Below are positions 32,579-41,923 of a DNA stretch of 64,000 nucleotides, in pieces; position 1 is the first letter of the stretch; each line of letters opens with the position of its first letter. Source of the stretch: Spirochaetia bacterium (lineage in GTDB: Bacteria > Spirochaetota > Spirochaetia > SZUA-6 > Bin103); the NCBI GenBank assembly GCA_965199955.1, contig CBDATQ010000001.1, positions 1,120,001-1,184,000 on the forward strand, in the 5' to 3' direction. A program made the translations under genes and the position numbers. Under the pieces are notes generated by a model. It was not told the DNA's origin, did not search any database, and was given only the letters and a program-made list of their open reading frames with translations.

Positions 32579-33708
32579 TGGGTGCCGAGCGTGTGTTGCT
32601 GGTCGGCTGTGAGTTGACACGCGACGGGGACGGGTGGCCGCTGGACGCGTCGCTCGCCGAGCTGGGGCAGTTGGCGCGGACGGCCGGGCTGGCGATCGCC
32701 GGCCGGGAACGTCAGCGGCTGCCGCGGCCGAACCCGGCGACCTACATCGGCTCCGGCAAGGCGGCGCAGATCGCGGAGCTCGCTTCCAGCCTTGGCGTCG
32801 ATGTGGTGCTCTTCGACGACGAGTTGGCGCCGAACCAGCAGCGCAACCTGGAGCAGATCCTCGGTGAAGAGGTCAAGGTGGTCGACCGGTCGGCGCTCAT
32901 CCTGGACGTGTTCGCCTCCCATGCCCGATCCCATGAAGGCAAGATCCAGGTGGAGTTGGCGCAGCTCGAGTACCGCCTGCCGCGGCTGACCCGCATGTGG
33001 ACCCACCTGGCGCGCCAGGCCGGAGGCCGTTCGGCCGGCAACGCCGGTGTCGGGGTGCGAGGCCCGGGTGAGACTCAGCTCGAGGTGGACCGGCGCCGCG
33101 TCCGGCACCGTATCAGCCGGCTGCGCAAGGATCTGCAGGGCATCTCCGCCGCCCGTTCCGGCCACCGTGAACGACGGCGGCGCAGCCGGGTCCCGGTGGC
33201 GGCCCTGGTCGGCTACGCCAACGCCGGCAAGAGCACCCTGATGAACGCGCTCACCGGCGCCGGGGTGCGGGCCGAGAACCGCCTGTTCGCGACCTTGGAC
33301 CCGACCACGCGCCGCGTCCAGGTGAACGACGTGCCGCTGCTGCTGACCGATACGGTGGGCTTCGTGCAGAAGTTGCCCGCCAACTTGGTGGCCGCGTTCC
33401 GCGCGACGCTCGAGGAGGTGGTGGAGGCCGATCTGCTGATCCACGTGGTCGACGCACGCCACCCGATGGCGCGCGAGCAGGCGGCCGAGGTGATGCGCGT
33501 GCTGCGGGAGCTCGGCGCCGCCGACCGCCCCACGGTGACCGTGCTCAACAAGGTCGATCGGGTGGAGGACGGCATGCCGCTGCCCGACGTCATGGAGCCG
33601 GGCGAGTCGGCGCGGGCCATCCCCTTGAGCGCGCTGCACAAGCAGGGGTTCGACGAGCTGCGCGCCACGCTGGCGCAAGCGGCGCGGGCTCGGGACGGGC
33701 GGCGGTGA
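32578..33708 (+). CDS. hflX: GTPase HflX
   Basis: GPGETQLE.DRR, GYANAGKST, LFATLD, DTVGF, NKVD. Confidence 0.96.
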   Translation: MGAERVLLVGCELTRDGDGWPLDASLAELGQLARTAGLAIAGRERQRLPRPNPATYIGSGKAAQIAELASSLGVDVVLFDDELAPNQQRNLEQILGEEVKVVDRSALILDVFASHARSHEGKIQVELAQLEYRLPRLTRMWTHLARQAGGRSAGNAGVGVRGPGETQLEVDRRRVRHRISRLRKDLQGISAARSGHRERRRRSRVPVAALVGYANAGKSTLMNALTGAGVRAENRLFATLDPTTRRVQVNDVPLLLTDTVGFVQKLPANLVAAFRATLEEVVEADLLIHVVDARHPMAREQAAEVMRVLRELGAADRPTVTVLNKVDRVEDGMPLPDVMEPGESARAIPLSALHKQGFDELRATLAQAARARDGRR

Positions 33709-34415
33709 GCGGCGAGCGCATCCTGGTGATCGAGGACTCCGCCTCCGTGGCTCGTGGCCTGGAGTACGGATTGGGCAAGGAGGACTTCACGGTGCGCTGC
33801 GCCCGCGACGGCGCCGGCGGCCTGGAGTTGTTCCGGACGTGGAACCCGCGGCTGCTGATCCTGGACATCCGTCTGCCCGACATGAGCGGCTTCGACGTGT
33901 GCAGGACGATCCGGGGCGAAGGCCGGCGTGAACCGATCCTGATGCTCACCGCGCGTGACGAAGAGATGGACAAGGTGCTCGGCCTGGAGCTCGGCGCCGA
34001 CGACTACGTGGTCAAGCCATACCAGCTCCGCGAGCTCGTCTCGCGCGTGCGCGCCCTGTTGCGGCGTGCCTACGGCGGGCTGGCCGCGTCCGCCGGCAGC
34101 GAGCGCATCAGCTTCGGCGACCTGGTGATCGATCCCGACCTCATGGCGGTGGAGCGGGGCGGCCGGCGGGTGAACCTGACGCCGACCGAGTTCCGGCTGC
34201 TGCGCTACCTGGCGGAACGGCCTGAGCGGCTGCTCAGCCGCGCGCAGATCATCGAGGCGGTGTGGGGGTACACCGCCGACATCGGCTACGACCGCACCGT
34301 CGACGTGCACGTGCGCCGGCTGCGGGAGAAGATCGAGGACGATCCGGGCTCGCCGCGCTGGATTCAGACCGTGCGCGGCTTCGGCTACCGCTTCGCGAGT
34401 GTTACAAAAACTTAA
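33705..34415 (+). CDS. OmpR-family response regulator
   Basis: ED, LDI.LP, TAR, GADDY..KP receiver motifs; RTVDVHV..LR.K, TVRGFGY. Confidence 0.95.
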   Translation: MSGERILVIEDSASVARGLEYGLGKEDFTVRCARDGAGGLELFRTWNPRLLILDIRLPDMSGFDVCRTIRGEGRREPILMLTARDEEMDKVLGLELGADDYVVKPYQLRELVSRVRALLRRAYGGLAASAGSERISFGDLVIDPDLMAVERGGRRVNLTPTEFRLLRYLAERPERLLSRAQIIEAVWGYTADIGYDRTVDVHVRRLREKIEDDPGSPRWIQTVRGFGYRFASVTKT

Positions 34416-34487
34416 TTCTGCGGAAACAGGGTCGCAAACCGCAGCTTCGATCGTTATGCCAGCTTCAATCGCATGGAGGGAATTGCG

Positions 34488-35336
34488 ATGACGACGAGAC
34501 GGACGAAGGTACTGGCAATCGCGACGGCGGCGTTGCTGGCGGTCGGCCTGCCGCTGGCCGCGCAGGAGGGCGGTGAGGCCGAGGCGGCCATGGGCGTGAT
34601 CGTCACCCAGGTCGACCCCGACGGCCCGGCGGCGGCGGCCGGCATCGAGCGAGGCGACCTGATCCTGGGCATCGACGGTCAGGCTCTGGCAAGCGCGCGT
34701 GAGCTGGTGCAGGCGCTGGCCGATGCGGAAGGCTCCGAGGTGACACTGAGCATCAGGCACGGCGACGAGACGCGCGAACAGGTCGTGGTGATCGAGCGCA
34801 TCTGGGGACAGCCGCGCATCGGACTGGCGATCACCGGCGGTGCGGGCGCCAGCGTGGACCGGCTGCCGCGACGCGGCCTTCGCATGCCGATGGCTCCCGA
34901 ACGGCGCGGATTCCAGTTCCGCGTCGAGTCCGACACGCCGGGAGTGGTCGTGGTGGAGGTCGTCGACGAGAGTGCGGCTGCGAACGCGGGACTGGAACCC
35001 GGCGACTGGATCACCGCCGTCGGTGGCCAGGCGCTGGATGGATCTCCGGGTCAGCTCGTGGAGATCATCGGCGGCCACGAAGCCGGCGCCGAGGTGAGCA
35101 TCTACTACCAGCGCGACGGTGAGGAAATGACAGCGATGGTCACCCTGGAGGCAGACGCGGAGAGCGGGGCGGCCATGCTCGGCATCCGCTACCAGGCATT
35201 TCCGGCCCTGGAGGACATGCGCAGGATGTTCGACGACATGAGGCAGCGCTTCGAGCGGCGCGGGAGGTCCCGGGGCGATCACGACGACGCCGACAAGGAC
35301 ACCAGCGGCGACATGGACGCCGACAGCGCCCTGTAG
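34488..35336 (+). CDS. Secreted tandem-PDZ protein without protease domain
   Basis: Signal peptide ending LAA; two PDZ units (GVIVTQV..GPA..AGI..GD.I; GVVVVEV...AA.AGL.PGD.I); SD GGAGG. Confidence 0.85.
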   Translation: MTTRRTKVLAIATAALLAVGLPLAAQEGGEAEAAMGVIVTQVDPDGPAAAAGIERGDLILGIDGQALASARELVQALADAEGSEVTLSIRHGDETREQVVVIERIWGQPRIGLAITGGAGASVDRLPRRGLRMPMAPERRGFQFRVESDTPGVVVVEVVDESAAANAGLEPGDWITAVGGQALDGSPGQLVEIIGGHEAGAEVSIYYQRDGEEMTAMVTLEADAESGAAMLGIRYQAFPALEDMRRMFDDMRQRFERRGRSRGDHDDADKDTSGDMDADSAL

Positions 35337-35374
35337 CCCGGATTGGGTAGACCCGGTTCGGGCAAACCGATTCG

Positions 35375-36979
35375 GTGACCCGCGTGTTCGCGACGATCAG
35401 GTGGCGGCTGGTACTGAGCTTCGCCGTCATCTCGATCGTCGCGATCGCCGTCATGGGGGGCCTCTCCATGGCGGTCATCGGCAGGCTCGTGGAGCGTCGC
35501 GAGCGCGACATGCTGCAGGAGACCGCAGCGGTCATCGCGACCCAGAGCCTGCCGTACTTTTCTCCGATCGTGGACCAGCGACGCCTGCAGCACCTGGCAG
35601 AAACCTCGGCGCTCATGGGCGATGTCAGGGTCTGGATCCTGGACCGCTCACGGCGCGTGTGGGCCGACTCGGCCCGCATGAGCGACTATGAGCTGGTCTG
35701 GGCGTTCCCGGCGTTCGGCGACCTCGACCTGGGTTCGGCGGCCGTACTGCTGCTGATGGAGCGCTCACGCCTGTCCGCGCTGGAGCAGTGGCGTGAGGAT
35801 ATGTATCGGCGGTTCGGTCTGGAGTCCCACGCGCGCGGCATGCGCGTGAGGCGTGACCTGCTGGGCAATCGCCTGACCCTCGACCGGCAAGCAGCTTCCG
35901 CCCGCGCGGCGCTGGTGGAGCCCGAGGCCGAGATCGAACCTGCGGTGACCGTGCCGATCGGCGATCCCGCGCGGCCCTTCGGCTACGTGCAGATCGGCTC
36001 GGGCCGGGGCGTGCTGCAAGAGGTCCGGCGCGGTCTGCGCGACACCTTCGTGGCGGCTGGCGTGGCGACCACGGTCCTGGCGGCCCTGATCGGGCTGGTG
36101 GTCGGGCGTCGCATGACCGCTCCGATCTCGTCGCTGACTTCGTCTGCCCGGCGCATGGGCGACGGCGACCTCGGTGTCCGCGCTCCGGAGCGCGGCAAGG
36201 GCGAGATGCGCGAGCTGGCCGTCGCCTTCAACGCGATGGCTTCCCGGCTCGGCACGACCATCGAGGAGTTGCGCCGGGAGCGCGACGTGCTGCGCCGCTT
36301 CGTGGGCGACGCCTCGCACGAGCTGCGCACACCGCTGACCGCACTGCGGACGTTCACAGAGCTGATGAAGAAGCACCCGGATGACGAGCAGATGCGCGGC
36401 GAGTTCCTCCCGGAGTGTCTGCGACAGATCGAACGCATGGAGTGGATCACCACCAATGTGCTCGATATCGCGCGCCTTGAAGGCGGGGTGGCCGGCCTGG
36501 AGCGGCGCCCCCTGCAGTTGACCGATGCTGCCAGGAACGCGATCGCGTTGCTGCGCGCCCGTGCCGAGTCACGCTCGGTGCAGGTGGAGCTGATCGAGCG
36601 CGGACGCACCACGATCGAAGGCGATCAGCGCTCGCTGGAGGCTGCGATCGGCAACCTGGTGCAGAACGCGATCGACTGGACCGCCCTGGGCACCACGGTG
36701 ACCGTGGACATCCACGAGCGCGGCGACACGGTGCACCTGTCCGTGACCGACCGCGGACCGGGGATCTCCGAGGAGGATTTGCCGCACATTTTCGAGCGGT
36801 TCTATCGCAGCGAGCACGCTCCGGAAGGCGGCAGCGGGCTGGGGCTGGCCATCGTGCGGGCGCACGTCGAGGCGCACGGCGGAAGCGTACGGGCGGAGAA
36901 CCACGACAGCGGAGCCCGCTTTATCATCGGGCTGCCGCGTCAACCCGGTCCCAAAGCCGGCGGTGACAAGGGCTGCTGA
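35375..36979 (+). CDS. Sensor histidine kinase (HAMP, HisKA, HATPase)
   Basis: Two TMs, ASHELRTPL, NLVQNA, DRGPG, FERFYR, GSGLGL. Confidence 0.95.
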   Translation: MTRVFATIRWRLVLSFAVISIVAIAVMGGLSMAVIGRLVERRERDMLQETAAVIATQSLPYFSPIVDQRRLQHLAETSALMGDVRVWILDRSRRVWADSARMSDYELVWAFPAFGDLDLGSAAVLLLMERSRLSALEQWREDMYRRFGLESHARGMRVRRDLLGNRLTLDRQAASARAALVEPEAEIEPAVTVPIGDPARPFGYVQIGSGRGVLQEVRRGLRDTFVAAGVATTVLAALIGLVVGRRMTAPISSLTSSARRMGDGDLGVRAPERGKGEMRELAVAFNAMASRLGTTIEELRRERDVLRRFVGDASHELRTPLTALRTFTELMKKHPDDEQMRGEFLPECLRQIERMEWITTNVLDIARLEGGVAGLERRPLQLTDAARNAIALLRARAESRSVQVELIERGRTTIEGDQRSLEAAIGNLVQNAIDWTALGTTVTVDIHERGDTVHLSVTDRGPGISEEDLPHIFERFYRSEHAPEGGSGLGLAIVRAHVEAHGGSVRAENHDSGARFIIGLPRQPGPKAGGDKGC

Positions 36980-36993
36980 CGGCGACGGGACGG

Positions 36994-38127
36994 TCAGGCC
37001 TGCGACCGGCGAGCCGCCCGCTCCTTCATGCGGCGCATCTCCGCGGTCAGCGAGACCTGGCGGCCCCGATGACGACGTGCCGGCTCTTCCAGCCACGTGC
37101 CATGGTTGTCGCGCAGCACCGGCAGGCGCTGCGCCACCGGCGGCGGCTGAACGGCCGCGGCGGGCTCGGCCGCGTACCAGTAGGCGGTGGAGGACATCTC
37201 GTTGGCCAGGTGGTTGCCGTGCCCGTGCTCGATGGTGACCTTGATCTCCTTGCGGAAGCGCACCGGGTTCTCCAGGTGCAGCACGTAGCTGGTCTGGTAG
37301 CCGCCGGTATTCCTCTCGTAAACCGATGAACCGTTGCGGAGAAAGGCGTTGTCCTGCATCCCCCACGCTTGGTTGAGGTAGTCCTCGCTGCCGGTGCCGT
37401 GCAGGTCCGGCGGCCAGCGGTAGCCGTCCACCCAGATCATGTCGTCCCCTTCGCCCCACCAGGTGCCCTGGAAGTTGGTCACCGACAGGTTGCAGCCTAG
37501 GTAGTGGCCGCGGCCGCGTGTGTCCAGGATGACGTAGTTGTTCTCCCAGGCCGTGCGGGCGCGATTGACGACGTTGGACTCCGGCGTGTTGACGGTGATC
37601 TCGTGCCCCCAGCCGCCGAACGGATTGGCGCGCCGGAACTCGGCGTGGAAGTACCCGGCGTCCTCGCGCGGTTCCGGCAGCCCCTCGTAGTCGACGTAGA
37701 AGTACTGCAGGTGCTCGTCGGAGCTCTCGTTGACCAGCTCCACCAAGGCGCGCCTGCGGAACGGCATCGGCACGTAGCAGTTGAGCGCGCAGCCTTGGTC
37801 GAAGCGGTTGTCGTGATTGGTCGACGCGGTGAACAGCGCCGACTGGAAGCTCGAGACGATGCCGTGGCCCAGGCAGAAGAAGTCGCCGAGCGGCGCCACC
37901 GCGCTGGCGTACGGCGCGTCGTCCCAAGTAATCCGCAGCAGGCACTCGCGGTAGTGATTGCGCTGGGTGAACCACAGGTGCGTGATCACCCCCGGACCCT
38001 CGAGGTCCGCCAGGACCCGGGTCTCCCCGGGTCCGATGAGCCAGCGGTCCTGATTGCGGCCGGTCGTGTCCCACGACGAGCAGCGGCCGGTGCGTCCGTC
38101 GGTCAGGGTGGCGATGTCGTCGTACAT
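36994..38127 (-). CDS. DUF2961 / glycoside hydrolase family 172 protein
   Basis: GPGVITHLW, APLGDFF, WWGEGDD, HGTGSEDY, TIEHGH.N; start MYDDI. Confidence 0.88.
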   Translation of the reverse strand: MYDDIATLTDGRTGRCSSWDTTGRNQDRWLIGPGETRVLADLEGPGVITHLWFTQRNHYRECLLRITWDDAPYASAVAPLGDFFCLGHGIVSSFQSALFTASTNHDNRFDQGCALNCYVPMPFRRRALVELVNESSDEHLQYFYVDYEGLPEPREDAGYFHAEFRRANPFGGWGHEITVNTPESNVVNRARTAWENNYVILDTRGRGHYLGCNLSVTNFQGTWWGEGDDMIWVDGYRWPPDLHGTGSEDYLNQAWGMQDNAFLRNGSSVYERNTGGYQTSYVLHLENPVRFRKEIKVTIEHGHGNHLANEMSSTAYWYAAEPAAAVQPPPVAQRLPVLRDNHGTWLEEPARRHRGRQVSLTAEMRRMKERAARRSQA

Positions 38128-38162
38128 GCCGCCTACTCTAACGCAGCCCCGCATCCCGATCG

Positions 38163-38882
38163 TCAGGTCCAGATGCCGGCGGCGGCCAGCTCCGCGGTCG
38201 CCTGTTCGGCCCAGCCGGCGTTGGCGCGCGGGCTGGCCGGACTTGGATGGAGCACACGGATCACCCGCTGCTCGTCGGCAAGGGCGCCGCGGGCCCTGCG
38301 CTCGGCGTAGGCGCCGAGGGCGACCACCCACCGGGGCCGCAGCGCCGCCACCGCTTCCCGCAGGTGGTGGTCGCAGGCGGCCAGCAGCGCGCGAATCGCC
38401 GGTCCGTGCAGCTTGTCGGGGGTGATGTTGCGGCCGGTGTCGCCGAGGAAGGCGAGCGGGCAGTAGTTGAGCACGAAGTGCTCGGCGAAGAAGCGGTCGG
38501 GCGTGCCGAAGCGATCGGCGAACAGGCCCCAGAGACGGGACCCCGAGACCTCGATCTTCGTGCAGGCCAAGCCGAGCACCGGCCGTGCCGGGTGCTGGCG
38601 TTCCGGCGGCTCCACGCTGTCGGCGATGGCGAGCCAGTCGGTCACCGTCCGCACGTCGCCGAAGGGGATCCCCGTCTGCACCATCCCGAACGGGCCGGGA
38701 TTCATGCCCAGGAACAAGGCGCGGATATTCTCTTTCGCGTAGGCGGTGATGTACCGCCGGTATGCGGCTCCCGCATATCGCAGCGGGTTGTAGACGCACG
38801 CGACGGGGGGACCGAACGCGCCCTGCTCGCCTGCGATGGCCAGCGACCGGGAAGCGGTAAGGAGCGCGTCGACGACACTCAC
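38163..38882 (-). CDS. SMUG1-type (family 3) uracil-DNA glycosylase
   Basis: GMNPGPFGMVQTGIPFG, EVSG.RLW, NYCPL, HPSPASP. Confidence 0.92.
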   Translation of the reverse strand: MSVVDALLTASRSLAIAGEQGAFGPPVACVYNPLRYAGAAYRRYITAYAKENIRALFLGMNPGPFGMVQTGIPFGDVRTVTDWLAIADSVEPPERQHPARPVLGLACTKIEVSGSRLWGLFADRFGTPDRFFAEHFVLNYCPLAFLGDTGRNITPDKLHGPAIRALLAACDHHLREAVAALRPRWVVALGAYAERRARGALADEQRVIRVLHPSPASPRANAGWAEQATAELAAAGIWT

Positions 38883-39205
38883 AGAGCCGACGAGTCCCAG
38901 GACTTCACCGTTCGTCTGCGCGCTCCGCGGCGATCAGGCGGCTCGCGCTCACCCCGTCGGGAAGGCACGGGGCTTGGCATCGCCGCGAGTTCATCGAGCT
39001 CGCACGGCGACTCCGGCGGATCCGCGATTCCTCGACCGATGAGGTCGGCGACAGCCGCGTCATCGTCCAGTTCCGAGGTGCGATATGGCTCGATGCGAGC
39101 TACCGGAGTCCCTCGATGCATGATCAACACCACCTCGCCGCGTCCCACCTCGGCGAGCAGGCCGCTCAGGCCGTTCTTGGCTTCCGTCACGCCGACCTTT
39201 CTCAT
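38879..39205 (-). pseudogene. Degenerate vapBC: frameshifted Phd/YefM antitoxin plus 9-codon VapC remnant
   Basis: VGVTEAKNGLS..L..V..GE..I..RG.PVA antitoxin N-terminus; alternative frame gives tail LPDGVSASRLIAAERADER*, overlapping GTG-KSWDSSAL* (38879-38908). Confidence 0.75.
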
Positions 39206-39299
39206 CTGGCCTATCTAGCCTGATCGATCGGTCCGTTCAACCCCGATGCGATCTGCGTCGCGTCTGACGGACACCTCGGCATCGGGGTATCGTCCGCCC

Positions 39300-39818
39300 G
39301 TGACCCTGCGCGAGCTGATCGCCGCGGCCGACTCGCTGCGCGTGCCGCTGCTGGTCGGCTTCGCTGCCGTCGTGATCGTCACGGCGCTGATCGGTGCGCT
39401 GCACGGCAAGGGCCGGGGTGGACGCGCGCCGTGGCGCTACCTCTACGCCGTGCTGGTTTATGCCGCCTGCGTGCCGGGCACCTTCGCCGCCGTCCTGGTG
39501 CTCTACTCCCTGTTCTTCTCCGGGGAGGATCTGCTCGACGTCAACGTGGTCATCTACTTGGTGCCGATCGCGGCGATGGTGGCGACCCTGGGTGTCATGC
39601 GGCGCAACGTCGACTTCGACAACGTGCCGGGCTTCAACCGGCTGACCGGGCTCATGACCATGCTGGTCGTCGCCTTCGTGGTGGCGTTCGTGTTGCAGCG
39701 CCTGCGCGTGTGGCTGTTCTTCGGCGCGCCGATGATCTGGTTCTTCGTGCTGGTCGCCGCCGTGTTCGCGCTGTTCAAGTGGGGAGGGCGGCTGCTGTTC
39801 GGCCGGCGGCGCTCGTGA
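39300..39818 (+). CDS. Hypothetical integral membrane protein
   Basis: About five hydrophobic helices; GTG 39300. Confidence 0.75.
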   Translation: MTLRELIAAADSLRVPLLVGFAAVVIVTALIGALHGKGRGGRAPWRYLYAVLVYAACVPGTFAAVLVLYSLFFSGEDLLDVNVVIYLVPIAAMVATLGVMRRNVDFDNVPGFNRLTGLMTMLVVAFVVAFVLQRLRVWLFFGAPMIWFFVLVAAVFALFKWGGRLLFGRRRS

Positions 39819-41145
39819 CGGCGACGCCGTCGAGGGCCGTGGCCGCCAGGGCGCCGCTACCAGGAAGGGGCGGGCCGCTGACGCGCACGTCCAGGAAGCC
39901 GCGCGTCAGAGCGGCGTCGCCGCACGGCGCCTCGATCGGCACATAGCACTCTCCGTACCCGCGCGCGATCCCGTCCTCGACCGATTCGACCAGCAGCCGC
40001 TGCCGGGCGCCGGACAGGTTCCGCAGGTAGGCGTGGCGGTTGGCGGCGGCCAGCCGGCGCACCACGGCGCTGCGGCGCTGCTTGGCCCGGTCGTCCAACT
40101 GCCCGGCCATGCGGGCGGCGCGGGTGCCTTCGCGCTTCGCGAACCGGAAGGTGTGGCAGTGGGTGAAGGCGAGGTCCTTCACGGCGCGGCACGTGTCTTC
40201 GAAGTCCTCGTCGGTCTCGCCCGGGAATCCCACGAGGATGTCGGAGGTGGCGTTCAGGTCGCATCGGATGCGGCGCGCGCGATCGAGCAACCGCTCGAAC
40301 GTCCGCAGGTCGTAGAGCCGGCGCATGGCCAGCAGCACGCGGTCGGAGCCTGACTGCAGGCACAGGTGCAGGTGCGGGCAGAGGCGGTCGTCGGCAAGCA
40401 GGTCGATCGCCGGCTCGACCTGCAGGTCCGGCTCCAGCGAGGACAGCCGCACGCGGAAGTCGCCGGGCAACGCCAGCACCGCCTCGAGCATCGCCGCGAA
40501 GCCCGTTGGGCCGTCCTGGTACCGGCCCAAGTTCACGCCGGTGATGACGATCTCGTGGAAGCCGTCGTCGATGATGGCGCGCGCCTCGTCGAGGATCGCC
40601 GCGAGCGGCCGGCTCACCGCGCGGCCTCGCACGAAGGGGATGATGCAGAAGCTGCAGCGATTGTCGCAGCCGTCCTGGACCTTGAGAAAGCGCCGTGCGC
40701 GCGCGGCGTGCTCGCCGCCGCCGTACGCGAACGGGCCGGCCGGGAGCGCGGACGCCGCGGCGATCTCGCCGGCAAGATGGGCGTCGACCAGGGCGGCGAT
40801 GCCGGCCTTGTGCTCGTTGTCGACCACGTAGTCCACTCCCGGCAGGTCGGCGACGGTCGCCCGCTGGCCGGTCGCCATGCAGCCGGTGGCCACGACCAGC
40901 GGCTGCCGGCCGTCGCGCGGGCCGCCGGCGCGTCCGGCCCGGTACAGTGCATTGCGCGACTTGCGGTCGGCCTGATCCGTCACGGTGCAACTGTTGACGA
41001 CCACCACGTCGGCCGCCTCCCCCGGTTCGACCACGCGATAGCCGCGCTCGGCGAAGTCCGCCTTGAGGGCGTCGCTCTCGTAGGCGTTGAGGCGGCAGCC
41101 CAGCGTTTCGACCGACACGCGCCCGGGGCGCCTCGCTGCGTTCAT
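39775..41145 (-). CDS. mtaB: tRNA threonylcarbamoyladenosine methylthiotransferase
   Basis: TLGCRLN.YES, NSCTVT, QDGCDNRCSFCIIP radical SAM motif, VGFPGET. Confidence 0.92.
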   Translation of the reverse strand: MNAARRPGRVSVETLGCRLNAYESDALKADFAERGYRVVEPGEAADVVVVNSCTVTDQADRKSRNALYRAGRAGGPRDGRQPLVVATGCMATGQRATVADLPGVDYVVDNEHKAGIAALVDAHLAGEIAAASALPAGPFAYGGGEHAARARRFLKVQDGCDNRCSFCIIPFVRGRAVSRPLAAILDEARAIIDDGFHEIVITGVNLGRYQDGPTGFAAMLEAVLALPGDFRVRLSSLEPDLQVEPAIDLLADDRLCPHLHLCLQSGSDRVLLAMRRLYDLRTFERLLDRARRIRCDLNATSDILVGFPGETDEDFEDTCRAVKDLAFTHCHTFRFAKREGTRAARMAGQLDDRAKQRRSAVVRRLAAANRHAYLRNLSGARQRLLVESVEDGIARGYGECYVPIEAPCGDAALTRGFLDVRVSGPPLPGSGALAATALDGVAVTSAAGRTAAALPT

Positions 41146-41825
41146 CAGGATTGCCCCTCGTCGATCCCCAGCAGCAGGAGATCGAAAATCAGCGTGACGT
41201 TGGGACCCACGAACGGCTGTCTGCCCCGTTCGCCGTAGGCCTGCCCGGGCGGGATGGTCACCTCCCAGCGGGACTCGGGGCCCATCAGCGTCAGCACCTC
41301 GACCAGCCCCGGGATGAGGTCGCCGACCCGCACCGTCTCGGTCTCTCCGTTCTCGAACAGGTCCAGGATCGGCTGTCCGCCGGGAGTGCTCACGCGGTAC
41401 TGGAGAATCGCCCGCTGATCAAGGCGTGGGGGTGTGCCCGTCCCGGACGAAACCACCCGGTACTGCACGCCGCTTTCGAGCTCCGTGACGTCCGGATCGC
41501 CCCGGTTCTCGCTCCGCAGCGCCTCGCCGGCCGTAGCGTTCGCAACGCCTGAGCGGATGATCGACTGTGCGGCCTGCAGTTCCTCGTCCGCCTGCGATGG
41601 CCCGAACATGGCCGTGCCCGCCAGGGCGTCGCGGATGCCGCGTTCCACCCAGTCCAGGTCCAGGTCAAGCGGCTGCTCCGCCAGGCCGCTGCCGATCTTC
41701 AGCCCGACGCTGTAGCTGGAGCGGGCGCGCTGGTCGTCGGGAGGCCGTTGCGGTTCCGCGGGCGGTTGCCGGCAGGCGGCGCAGGCGACGATCAGGGCGG
41801 CCAGCGCGGCCGCGGCTCGTATCAT
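41145..41825 (-). CDS. FKBP-type peptidyl-prolyl isomerase (Mip/FkpA-like lipoprotein)
   Basis: SY.VG N-domain, SGVQY, IPG..E.L..M, IPP.QAYG, TLIFD; hydrophobic signal with Cys. Confidence 0.88.
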   Translation of the reverse strand: MIRAAAALAALIVACAACRQPPAEPQRPPDDQRARSSYSVGLKIGSGLAEQPLDLDLDWVERGIRDALAGTAMFGPSQADEELQAAQSIIRSGVANATAGEALRSENRGDPDVTELESGVQYRVVSSGTGTPPRLDQRAILQYRVSTPGGQPILDLFENGETETVRVGDLIPGLVEVLTLMGPESRWEVTIPPGQAYGERGRQPFVGPNVTLIFDLLLLGIDEGQS

Positions 41826-41923
41826 CGGAGCCGGAATCCTATCGGCACGACGGGTCAGCGGCCAGCCTCCGCACCGCCCGGGCTCATGTTGCCTGTTTCG
41901 GTGCTTTTCCCCAACCTGAAGCC

